40,396 nt of DNA from Lysobacterales bacterium (lineage in GTDB: Bacteria > Pseudomonadota > Gammaproteobacteria > Xanthomonadales > SZUA-36): contig JAVVFH010000002.1 in assembly GCA_032250585.1 (NCBI GenBank), forward strand, positions 1 to 40,396. The letters run 5' to 3'. Within the stretch, counting starts at the first letter, position 1, and the number at the start of each line of letters is the position of its first letter. This document shows, one piece after another, positions 19,795 to 27,724 of this stretch. The notes beneath the pieces were generated by a model, which was not told the origin of the DNA, made no database searches, and saw only the letters and a program-made list of their open reading frames with translations. The position numbers and the translations under genes are program-made.

Positions 19795-20921
19795 GTTCAC
19801 TGGGCACTCCACGTGCTGCCGCTGTCATCGGGACGATGACAGCCGTGCTGCTCGGCGCCTGCGAGCCCACGCCGGCCCCCGGCGAGCCCGGCGGTCTCGC
19901 GGTACTCGCCCAGAGCGCCGAAGGATTTGCGCAAGCGCAGCCCGACGACGCGCTGCAATTTCCCCGCGACCACGGTTCGCACCCGGACTATCGCATCGAG
20001 TGGTGGTATGTGACCGCCAACCTTGAGGACGACGAAGGGCGACCTTACGGCGCGCAGTGGACGCTGTTCCGTTTTGCCGTGCAGCCGCCCGGAAGCTGGG
20101 AGCCGGAAAGCCCGTGGCAAAGCGAACAGGTATTCATGGCGCACATGGCCATCACGACCCCGGCGGAACACTTCGCTTTTCAACGTTATGCGCGCGGCGG
20201 CGACCACCGGGGAATCGCGCAGGCGGGCGTGACGGCCAGGCCCTTCGCCGCTTGGCTGGATGACTGGTCGCTGCGCAGCAGCGAGGGAAACTGGCTGCCG
20301 CTCGAGCTTCGCGCCGCCCAGAACGGCTTTGGTCTGCGCCTGCGCCTGGAAAGCGATCGGCCCCCGTTGCTGCAGGGCGAGGCCGGATTTTCACAAAAAC
20401 ATCCGGACGGCGGCGGCTCCTGGTATTACAGCCAGCCGTTCCTGAAGGCGCGCGGCGAACTGCGCATCGACGGTCAACCGGTACCGGTCCGCGGCCAGGC
20501 CTGGCTGGACCGCGAGTGGAGCAGCCAGTTCCTGCAATCCGATCAGGCCGGCTGGGACTGGTTCGCGCTGCACCTGGAAAGCGGCGAGAAACTGATGCTG
20601 TTTCGCCTGCGCGCACGCGACGGCGGCGCCGACTTCCGCCACGGCGTGCTGATCGGACCCGACGGCAGCCGACAAACCCTGGAGCCATCGCGTATTGGCC
20701 TGCAACCGCTGCACGAAACGGCTGTCGCGGGACGCTCACTGCCTTTGCACTGGCGCATCGATCTCCCTGAAATTGGACGCTCACTGGAGGTCGAGGCCCT
20801 GCATCCGGCGCAGTGGCTCGACGTGGATTTCCCCTACTGGGAGGGTGTAGTTAGCGTCAGCGGCGAATCGCCCGGCAGCCGCGGGCGCGGCTACCTCGAA
20901 TTGACGGGTTTCTCCCCTTAA
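19791..20921 (+). CDS. AttH-like lipoprotein (CrtC/hydroxyneurosporene-synthase-like plus lipocalin-like domains)
   Basis: The GTG at 19791 overlaps the permease stop (GTGA). Lipobox LLGAC is present. DHGSHPDYRIEWWYVTANL and QAWLDREWS are characteristic of the AttH family, which accompanies AttEFG-type ABC systems. Confidence 0.78.
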   Translation: MSSLGTPRAAAVIGTMTAVLLGACEPTPAPGEPGGLAVLAQSAEGFAQAQPDDALQFPRDHGSHPDYRIEWWYVTANLEDDEGRPYGAQWTLFRFAVQPPGSWEPESPWQSEQVFMAHMAITTPAEHFAFQRYARGGDHRGIAQAGVTARPFAAWLDDWSLRSSEGNWLPLELRAAQNGFGLRLRLESDRPPLLQGEAGFSQKHPDGGGSWYYSQPFLKARGELRIDGQPVPVRGQAWLDREWSSQFLQSDQAGWDWFALHLESGEKLMLFRLRARDGGADFRHGVLIGPDGSRQTLEPSRIGLQPLHETAVAGRSLPLHWRIDLPEIGRSLEVEALHPAQWLDVDFPYWEGVVSVSGESPGSRGRGYLELTGFSP

Positions 20922-20947
20922 GACTGCCTTAAGGTTTGTCCCTTAAG
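20917..20947. promoter_or_regulatory. Three CTTAAG palindromes within 31 nt at the attH-like / hemolysin-like gene junction
   Basis: ccCTTAAGactgcCTTAAGgtttgtccCTTAAGctg. The middle copy is the 8-bp palindrome ccttaagg. This is an AT-core hexamer clustered in a GC-rich genome, and it overlaps the stop codon at 20919-20921. Confidence 0.25.
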
Positions 20948-20983
20948 CTGGCGGCAACTTATGGCTTTGCGCCGGATGGCCCC

Positions 20984-21745
20984 ATGTCTTACCCAAACAG
21001 GAAATCCCTCGCTCCTTCGATCAGCAACGACGGTCTCGAGGCAAAGGCGTTGCTGCAGCTCACCCGCATACTGAAGCCCGCCCCGGTTTTCGCCGCGCAT
21101 GCACAAAGCAGCCCGGAGCGAACGCACGCCGAGCAATACATCGCGGCCCGCTTCCACGCGGCGCATGGCGCCGATATCCGCGATTTCATGCCCGTCCTGC
21201 TCACCATGCGCTGTCACGGACGCACCACAGCCGCCACCGGCATCCGGGCCGCGGCGCAGCAGCCGCTGTTCCTTGAACAGTACCTCCCCGGTCCGATCGA
21301 GCAGGTGCTGGGTGACATGACCGGCGAAACGATTCAGCGCACGAACATCGCCGAGATCGGCAACCTGGCCGCCACCCAGAGCGGTTCCAGCTACCTGCTG
21401 TTCATCGTGCTGAGCGCCATTCTCGAGCAGGCCCGCTTCGACTGGGTCGTTTTCACCGCCACGCCCCGGGTCCGAAAGATGTTGGGCCGTCTGGGATTAA
21501 GGGTGCATGTCCTGTGTGCAGCCGACCCCGCTTGCCTGACCCGGTCGGCGGCAGCCGAATGGGGCCGCTACTACGCCAGCGGACCGCAAGTGTTGGCCGG
21601 CCGGGTAGGCGACGCGATGGACGTATTGAGCCAGCGCCGACCATACGCCAGCCTGCTGTCCCTGTTTCGTGGTCCCATCGGTGAGATGGCGAAAACCGTC
21701 AGGCGGGACAGCTCCCGGAATGGAAGCCATGTTCTCGCCGCGTGA
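20984..21745 (+). CDS. Thermostable-hemolysin (delta-VPH)-family protein, probable GNAT-like acyltransferase
   Basis: ERTHAEQYIAARFHAAHGADIRDFMPVLL..., ...LFLEQYL..PIEQVL......R..IAEIGNLAA... and ...WVVFTAT..V...L.RLGL match my recollection of the T_hemolysin family. The ATG at 20984 is chosen; the TTG at 20936 is possible. Confidence 0.7.
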   Translation: MSYPNRKSLAPSISNDGLEAKALLQLTRILKPAPVFAAHAQSSPERTHAEQYIAARFHAAHGADIRDFMPVLLTMRCHGRTTAATGIRAAAQQPLFLEQYLPGPIEQVLGDMTGETIQRTNIAEIGNLAATQSGSSYLLFIVLSAILEQARFDWVVFTATPRVRKMLGRLGLRVHVLCAADPACLTRSAAAEWGRYYASGPQVLAGRVGDAMDVLSQRRPYASLLSLFRGPIGEMAKTVRRDSSRNGSHVLAA

Positions 21746-23246
21746 TCGCGCCTTTTCTGCGCGTGCTGATGCCGCTGACCCAATCGCGGTCAGCGGCACA
21801 GCCCAGGCCTGGACACGCTCGCGGCTGACGGAACGCTGCAGCGCCCTGGCTGAACGGCTGACGGCTCTGGATCTGCAAGTCGTGGCGCTGCACATGGACA
21901 ACCGGCCAGAGTGGATCGTCATCGACATGGCCTGCCAGGCTGCGTCCGTCTGCCTGGTGCCGCTACCCGGTTTTTTTTCGCCGGCACAGCTGCGGCATAT
22001 CCTGAACACCGTTCCGATCGACGGGGTGCTGACCGAACAGCCTGAAATGCTCTCACCCCTTTGCGCCGACCGCCTGCGCCCCGGAATGGATCTGCCGTTG
22101 GGTGGGAGCACCCTGCTGCGACTGAAGCGGGTCCGAAACACTCAGGTGCTGCCCGCCGGCACCGGAAAAATCACCTTCACTTCCGGTTCGACCGGACGGC
22201 CCAAAGGCGTCTGTCTCAGCAACGGGCAACTGCAGGCACAGGCCGCGGCGCTGGCCGCCGCGGTGGGTCTCGAGCAGCCCCGGCATCTCTGCCTGCTGCC
22301 ACTGAGCACCCTGCTGGAGAACGTCGCCGGCGTCTACGCGCCGCTGTTGTCCGGCGGCGAAGTGGTGGTGCCCACCCTGGCGGAAATCGGTTTTTATGGC
22401 AGCTCGTCACTGGATACCGGACTGTTCCTCGAACAGATCAGCCAGCAGCAGCCCAACAGCATTCTCCTGACACCGCAGCTGCTGCAAATCCTCGTGTCCG
22501 CAGCCGGCAATGGCTGGCAGCCGCCGGCCTCACTGGTCTTCGCCGCGGTGGGCGGCGCGAAGGTGCCGGTCGCCTTGCTACAAAGGGCCCGGGCCCTGGG
22601 CATCCCGGCTTTCGAAGGTTACGGGCTTTCGGAATGCGCCTCAGTGGTCAGCCTGAACCGGCCCGGCCGCGACCGGCCCGGCAGCTGTGGCCAGCCGCTG
22701 GCTCAGCTGGGAATCACCGTCGACGACGGGGAAATCCGCGTGGCCGGCAATGCCATGCTCGGCTATGCCGGCGAGCCGGAGAGCTGGGGACAGGACCAGA
22801 TTGCGACCGGCGACCTCGGCTACCTGGACAACGAGGGGTTCCTGTACATCAACGGTCGCAAAAAAAACCTGTTGATCACCAGCTTCGGGCGAAACATTGC
22901 TCCGGAGTGGGTCGAAAGCGAAGCGCTCGCCAGTGGTGTTCTGGCCGAATGCGTGGTGGTCGGTGACGCGAGGCCGTTCTGCATCGCCCTGCTGTCGCCG
23001 CGCAACCCGGCCGCAGCAGACGAGACCATCCAAAGCGCGATCGACGACAGCAACGCGCGCCTGCCGGACTACGCCCACATCAGGCGCTGGCACCGCCTCG
23101 TGCAGCCGCTGGCCGACAGCAGCGAACTGATCACCGAAAACGGCCGTCCTAAACGCCATGCCATCATCACGCGCTACCAGAGCGTGATCGATGCCCTCTA
23201 CGCAGGCGATACCTGCGCCGCCAAACCTTACGCGAGAACCGCATGA
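21720..23246 (+). CDS. AMP-dependent synthetase/ligase (acyl-CoA or acyl-adenylate forming)
   Basis: Adenylation core motifs TFTSGSTGRPKGV, EGYGLSECAS, TGDLGYLDNEGFLYINGRKKNLL and a C-terminal NGRPKR. The start overlaps the end of the upstream gene. Confidence 0.85.
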   Translation: MEAMFSPRDRAFSARADAADPIAVSGTAQAWTRSRLTERCSALAERLTALDLQVVALHMDNRPEWIVIDMACQAASVCLVPLPGFFSPAQLRHILNTVPIDGVLTEQPEMLSPLCADRLRPGMDLPLGGSTLLRLKRVRNTQVLPAGTGKITFTSGSTGRPKGVCLSNGQLQAQAAALAAAVGLEQPRHLCLLPLSTLLENVAGVYAPLLSGGEVVVPTLAEIGFYGSSSLDTGLFLEQISQQQPNSILLTPQLLQILVSAAGNGWQPPASLVFAAVGGAKVPVALLQRARALGIPAFEGYGLSECASVVSLNRPGRDRPGSCGQPLAQLGITVDDGEIRVAGNAMLGYAGEPESWGQDQIATGDLGYLDNEGFLYINGRKKNLLITSFGRNIAPEWVESEALASGVLAECVVVGDARPFCIALLSPRNPAAADETIQSAIDDSNARLPDYAHIRRWHRLVQPLADSSELITENGRPKRHAIITRYQSVIDALYAGDTCAAKPYARTA

Positions 23247-23914
23247 GTTTCTTCCCGACGTTACAGAACGAAACCGAAACCGCCCGTGGTGAACTTTTGA
23301 CCGTGCCACTCATCCAACGGGCCCTGGCCGGACGCATCACCCGATCCGAATACGCGGCCTTCCTGGCCCAGGCCTATCACCACGTGCGGCACACCGTGCC
23401 GCTGCTGATGGCAGTCGGCAGCCGGCTGCCTGATTCCTGCGGCTGGCTGCGGGTCGCGGTTGCCGAATACATCGCGGAAGAGATCGGTCACGAAGAGTGG
23501 ATCCTCAATGACATCACGGCCTGCGGGTTCGACGCCGAAGCGGTGCGCCGCAGCAGGCCCGCGATCCCGACCGAGTTGATGGTCGCTTATGCCTATGACC
23601 TCATCGATCGCGTCAATCCGCTCGGTTTCTTCGGCATGGTACACGTGCTGGAAGGAACCTCCGTCGCCATCGCCGATAACGCGGCCCGTTCGATCGGGGA
23701 AAGTCTGTCGCTGCCCGAAAACGCGTTCACCTACCTTTACTCTCACGGCACGCTCGACATCGAACACCTGAAGTTCTTCGAAGATTTAATGAACCGGATC
23801 GAAGGACCGGCAGACCAGGCGCAGATCATCCACTCAGCCCGCGTGTTCTACGGCCTCTACGGCGATATTTTCCGATCGCTGGACGGCACCACAGCCCCGG
23901 CGCTGGCGGCCTGA
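23243..23914 (+). CDS. Heme-oxygenase-like (TenA/PqqC/CADD-like) iron-containing redox enzyme, candidate diiron oxidase
   Basis: All-helical 223-aa protein with carboxylate/His clusters AEYIAEEIGHEEW, MVHVLEGTS and YSHGTLDIEHLKFFEDL. ATGA start/stop overlap with the ligase gene. Confidence 0.7.
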   Translation: MSFFPTLQNETETARGELLTVPLIQRALAGRITRSEYAAFLAQAYHHVRHTVPLLMAVGSRLPDSCGWLRVAVAEYIAEEIGHEEWILNDITACGFDAEAVRRSRPAIPTELMVAYAYDLIDRVNPLGFFGMVHVLEGTSVAIADNAARSIGESLSLPENAFTYLYSHGTLDIEHLKFFEDLMNRIEGPADQAQIIHSARVFYGLYGDIFRSLDGTTAPALAA

Positions 23915-24696
23915 TGGACTGCAGAGGCAAACAGGTTCTGCTGGCCGGGGCCAGCGGCGGCATCGGGCAGGCGATCGCGCTGGAACTGGACCGCGCCGGC
24001 GCCCTGCTGACCCTGGTCGGGCGCAGCGAAGACAAGCTGGTTGCCCTGTGCCGCCAACTCGAGGGACCCCAACAGCTGATCGCCGCCAACCTCGACGACC
24101 CCACGCAGCGCGACCGGGTCGTGCGGCATTGCGAGCAAAACGGCCTGGATATCCTGATCAATGCCGTCGGCGTCATGGACTTTCGGCTGTTCGATGCGCA
24201 GGCGCCCGTCGAGATCGAGCGCATGGTCAGGACCAACCTGTTGACCCCCATGCTGCTGTGCCAGCGACTGCTGCCCATGCTGCGACAGCGCGACGAAGCG
24301 GTCATCGTCAACATCGGCTCCATTTTCGGCAGCATCGGGCATCCCGGTTTCGCCGCCTATTGCGCCAGCAAGTTCGGCCTGCGGGGTTTTACCGAGGCAT
24401 TGCAGCGAGAACTGCACGACAGCAGCGTGCGCGTTTCTTATCTTGCACCCCGTGCCACCCGCACGGATCTGAACACGGCCGCGGTCACGGCCCTCAACGA
24501 AGCGCTAGGCAACGCAACCGATACGCCGGAACAGGTGGCCGCTGCAGTGCTCAGGATGCTCGTTCAGAAAAGCCGACAACGCTACATCGGCTGGCCGGAA
24601 AACCTGTTCGTTCGCCTGAACGGTCTGTTCCCGAACCTCGTCCATAACGCGCTGGTGCGCAAAATGCATATCATCCGGTCGCATGCCGAAACCTGA
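23914..24696 (+). CDS. Short-chain dehydrogenase/reductase
   Basis: Cofactor motif LLAGASGGIGQA, NAVG, and the catalytic S...YCASK triad. TGATG overlap with the upstream gene. Confidence 0.88.
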   Translation: MDCRGKQVLLAGASGGIGQAIALELDRAGALLTLVGRSEDKLVALCRQLEGPQQLIAANLDDPTQRDRVVRHCEQNGLDILINAVGVMDFRLFDAQAPVEIERMVRTNLLTPMLLCQRLLPMLRQRDEAVIVNIGSIFGSIGHPGFAAYCASKFGLRGFTEALQRELHDSSVRVSYLAPRATRTDLNTAAVTALNEALGNATDTPEQVAAAVLRMLVQKSRQRYIGWPENLFVRLNGLFPNLVHNALVRKMHIIRSHAET

Positions 24697-24712
24697 ATTG
24701 GAGACTCTGTCC

Positions 24713-25360
24713 ATGAAAAATGCTTTATCGATTGTTTTTGTTCTGATCCTTTGCCTGGGCACCAGCCAGGCGGTTACAGCCGGCGACGACGAAATCCTGC
24801 GGCTGCAGCAACGCTGGGCCGAGGTAAACTATCAACTGGAAGGCAAGACACGCCTGACGGCATTCGAGGAACTGGTCCGCGAGGCCGACCAACTGACCGC
24901 CAGCAAGCCCGACTTCGCAGCCGCCTACATCTGGAGCGGCATCATCAAATCTTCCTTCGCCGGCGCCCGGGGCGGTCTCGGCGCGATGAAGCTGGCCAAG
25001 GCCGCGCGCACCGACCTGGAGCGCGCCATGGAAATCGATGCAGACGCGCTGCAGGGCTCCGCCTATACCAGCCTCGGCACGCTGTACTACAAGGTGCCCG
25101 GCTGGCCAGTGGGCTTCGGCGACGAGCGCAAGGCAGAGGAGCTGTTGCGCACGGCACTCACTCTGAACCCGGACGGCATTGACCCGAATTATTTCTATGG
25201 GGACTTTCTGCTGGATCAGAAGCGCTACGAAGAGGCCGAAAAAGCCCTGCTCAAGGCGCAACAGTCGCCGGCCCGGCCCGATCGCCCGCTGGCCGATGCC
25301 GGCAGACAGGAAGAGATCGAAGTGGCATTATTGAAGGTCCGAAAGAAACTTCGCAAATGA
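24713..25360 (+). CDS. Secreted TPR-like helical-repeat protein
   Basis: The ATG at 24713 is preceded by a GGAGA RBS. Signal peptide MKNALSIVFVLILCLGTSQAVTA. The helical repeats are rich in A/L/E/Y (AAYIWSGII, GSAYTSLGTLYYK, NYFYGDFLLDQKRYEEAEKALLKA). Confidence 0.62.
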   Translation: MKNALSIVFVLILCLGTSQAVTAGDDEILRLQQRWAEVNYQLEGKTRLTAFEELVREADQLTASKPDFAAAYIWSGIIKSSFAGARGGLGAMKLAKAARTDLERAMEIDADALQGSAYTSLGTLYYKVPGWPVGFGDERKAEELLRTALTLNPDGIDPNYFYGDFLLDQKRYEEAEKALLKAQQSPARPDRPLADAGRQEEIEVALLKVRKKLRK

Positions 25361-25378
25361 GGTCCGGAACCACACCGC

Positions 25379-26038
25379 ATGCTGATATTGCTGGTCGAAG
25401 ATGACCGTTCGATAGCCCGGGCCCTCGAGCGGGCGCTGCGCAAGCAGGGCTATAGCGTCAATACGGTCGGCGGCGGCCAGGCGGCCCTGTTGGCGATCGA
25501 AACCGAACTGCCGGATCTTGCCATTCTCGACCTCGGCCTGCCTGACATGGACGGCCTGGAGGTGCTTAGGCAGGTCCGCAAGCGCAATGTGAATCTGCCG
25601 ATCCTGCTGCTGACCGCTCGCGCCGGCCTCGATGACAAGGTAGCCGGTCTCGACAGCGGCGCCGACGACTACCTGGCGAAACCTTTCGAGATGAACGAAC
25701 TGTTCGCCCGTCTGCGCGTCATGGAACGACGCCAGACCACTGCGCGGACCGCAATGATCACGATCGGCGCGGTGACCCTGGACATCAACCGCAACCGTGT
25801 CGCGGTCGACGGCGCAGTGATGGAGCTGTCGCGTCGCGAGTTCATGTTGCTCAAGAACCTGATGGAGAACGCCGGCCGCGTACAGACGCGCAACACGCTC
25901 GAAAGTCGGCTGTATGGCTGGGGCGAGGAGGTCTCCAGCAATGCGCTGGAGGTGCATATCCATCATTTGCGCCGCAAACTCGGCGCCGATTTTATCAAGA
26001 CCGTGCGGGGCGTCGGCTACAGGATCGAGAACGCGTGA
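25379..26038 (+). CDS. OmpR/PhoB-family response regulator (QseB/BasR-like)
   Basis: Receiver domain MLILLVEDD...LAILDLGLPDMDG...LLLTA. Winged-helix C-terminus LEVHIHHLRRKLG...IKTVRGVGYRIE. Confidence 0.92.
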   Translation: MLILLVEDDRSIARALERALRKQGYSVNTVGGGQAALLAIETELPDLAILDLGLPDMDGLEVLRQVRKRNVNLPILLLTARAGLDDKVAGLDSGADDYLAKPFEMNELFARLRVMERRQTTARTAMITIGAVTLDINRNRVAVDGAVMELSRREFMLLKNLMENAGRVQTRNTLESRLYGWGEEVSSNALEVHIHHLRRKLGADFIKTVRGVGYRIENA

Positions 26039-27705
26039 ATTCGATCCGGGTGTTTCTGGTCACCGTCATCCTGGCCACCATCGCGCTGTTCTACTTTGTA
26101 GCGGCGCTGCGCGGCTACCAGTCCAGCATGCAGGAAGCTGAGCGCCTGTTCGACAAGCAGCTGCTGGACACGGCCCGCCTGATCGCCAGCCTGCACGCGG
26201 AGCAGGCAAACAACGAGCTCGGCCACGACGCCGGCATGGCGTTTCAGGTCTGGCAGGGCGAACGACTGCTGGCTTTCTCGCGCAATGCCCCCACCACCGC
26301 CATCGCGCCGCACAGGTCCGGCTTCGGTTTCGCCAACTTCGCAGGCTATCGATGGCGCACGACCGCTTATTTCGATGCGGCGAACGGCGACTGGATTCTG
26401 GTCGCCGATCGCACCGATCTGCGTTCCGCCCTGGCCGAGAACGTCATTCTCGAATCGCTGTTGCCGACGCTGATCGGACTGCCGGTAGTCGGCCTGCTGA
26501 TCTGGCTGATCGTGACCGGGGGCTTGCGGCCCCTGCGGATGCTGGCGAAGGAGTTGGCCAGCAAGCAGCCGGACGATTTGACGCCGTTGGCCACCAAGAC
26601 ACCCAAGCGGGAACTGGAGCAGATCGTGGTTTCCTGCAATGGCCTGCTGCAAAGGCTGGAAACCTCGCTGTTGCGCGAAAAACAATTCGCCTCAGACGCC
26701 GCGCACGAACTCAGAACGCCGATCAGTGCGCTCAAGGTGCAGTTGTACAACCTGTCGCGGGAAGGCATGGCCGAGCCGCATTTGCTGAGTGAACTCGAGC
26801 AGACGGTGCACCGCCTAAAGCATAGCGTCGAGCAGATTTTGGATCTCTACCGCAGTTCGCCGGACCAGTTCAACGCCACATTCGAAGCACTGGATCTGAG
26901 CGCCCTGGCGCGCGACGTTCTCGCTGGAGAGTGCACCGCCTTCGATCGCAAGCAGCAACAGCTCGAATTCCGGGGCCAGCCCTGCACGATTGCCGGCGAC
27001 CGGTTTGCCTTGACGACCCTGCTGCGTAATCTGCTCAGCAATGCCAACAAGTACACACCGCGCGGCGGGCAGGTCCTGGTGACGGTCGGACAGAAAGACG
27101 ACATCGTGCGCTTGACCGTCGAAGATTCGGGGCCGGGCATCCCGGCTGAGCAGGGCGACCTGATTTTCGAGCGCTTTTTCCGGATTGGCCAGGACCGGCA
27201 CGAATCGGGTGAGACAGGCTGCGGGCTCGGCCTGGCCATCGTCAAGCGGCTGGTGGACCTGCACCGGGGCCACATATCGATCGCCCCTTCGCGTTTTGCG
27301 TCAGGTACGGCGTTCCAGGTCGACTTGCCGCGGCTCCGGCGCCAGGCGGCGGGCGGGACAACGGCCCCCGTTTCGAAATTGGCCTCGAAATCAACTTCGC
27401 TGCTGATTTTACTGCTGAGTGCAACCCCTTTACAGGCAGGACCGCCCATAGTCGAGATCGAAATCCGCGACCACCTGTTCTTTCCGCCCGAGGTGGTGAT
27501 CCCGGCGAACACCAAGGTCAAACTGCTGATCAAGAATCTCGACCCGACCCCCGAGGAATTCGAAAGTTACGAACTGAACCGCGAGAAGGTCATCAGCGGC
27601 AACAGTCAAACCGTCATCTTCATCGGCCCGTTGCCCGCCGGCGAGTATCCGTTCTTCGGCGAATTCTATCCAAAGACCGCCCAGGGCAAGGTCCGGGTCG
27701 AGTAA
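26035..27705 (+). CDS. Sensor histidine kinase (QseC/BasS-like) whose ORF continues in frame into a signal-anchor plus cupredoxin-like domain
   Basis: The GTG at 26035 overlaps the regulator stop (GTGA). Two TM helices flank a periplasmic domain. H-box AAHELRTPISAL, N-box LLSNANKYTP, G-boxes EDSGPGIP and GCGLGLAIV are present. There is no stop codon after the ATPase domain, and 109 further codons follow (see next feature). Confidence 0.85.
   Translation: MNSIRVFLVTVILATIALFYFVAALRGYQSSMQEAERLFDKQLLDTARLIASLHAEQANNELGHDAGMAFQVWQGERLLAFSRNAPTTAIAPHRSGFGFANFAGYRWRTTAYFDAANGDWILVADRTDLRSALAENVILESLLPTLIGLPVVGLLIWLIVTGGLRPLRMLAKELASKQPDDLTPLATKTPKRELEQIVVSCNGLLQRLETSLLREKQFASDAAHELRTPISALKVQLYNLSREGMAEPHLLSELEQTVHRLKHSVEQILDLYRSSPDQFNATFEALDLSALARDVLAGECTAFDRKQQQLEFRGQPCTIAGDRFALTTLLRNLLSNANKYTPRGGQVLVTVGQKDDIVRLTVEDSGPGIPAEQGDLIFERFFRIGQDRHESGETGCGLGLAIVKRLVDLHRGHISIAPSRFASGTAFQVDLPRLRRQAAGGTTAPVSKLASKSTSLLILLLSATPLQAGPPIVEIEIRDHLFFPPEVVIPANTKVKLLIKNLDPTPEEFESYELNREKVISGNSQTVIFIGPLPAGEYPFFGEFYPKTAQGKVRVE
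27379..27705 (+). other. Cupredoxin-like (FtrB/EfeO-N-like) periplasmic domain with its own signal-peptide-like segment; either the C-terminal domain of the kinase or a nested gene starting at TTG 27379
   Basis: (L/M)ASKSTSLLILLLSATPLQA is followed by PPIVEIEIRDHLFFPPEVVIPANTKVKLLIKNLDPTPEEFESYELNREKVISGNSQTVIFIGPLPAGEYPFFGEFYPKTAQGKVRVE. This resembles the roughly 110-aa cupredoxin proteins normally encoded next to FTR1 permeases. It has no Cys, hence no type-1 Cu site. Confidence 0.6.
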
Positions 27706-27724
27706 GGCGCGCGGGAGTCAAGAG

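Noticed and set aside
22061-22966. A 301-aa plus-strand ORF in an alternative frame of the AMP-ligase gene
   Set aside because: Its composition is extremely R/A/G/P-rich. The overlapping frame carries all adenylation core motifs.
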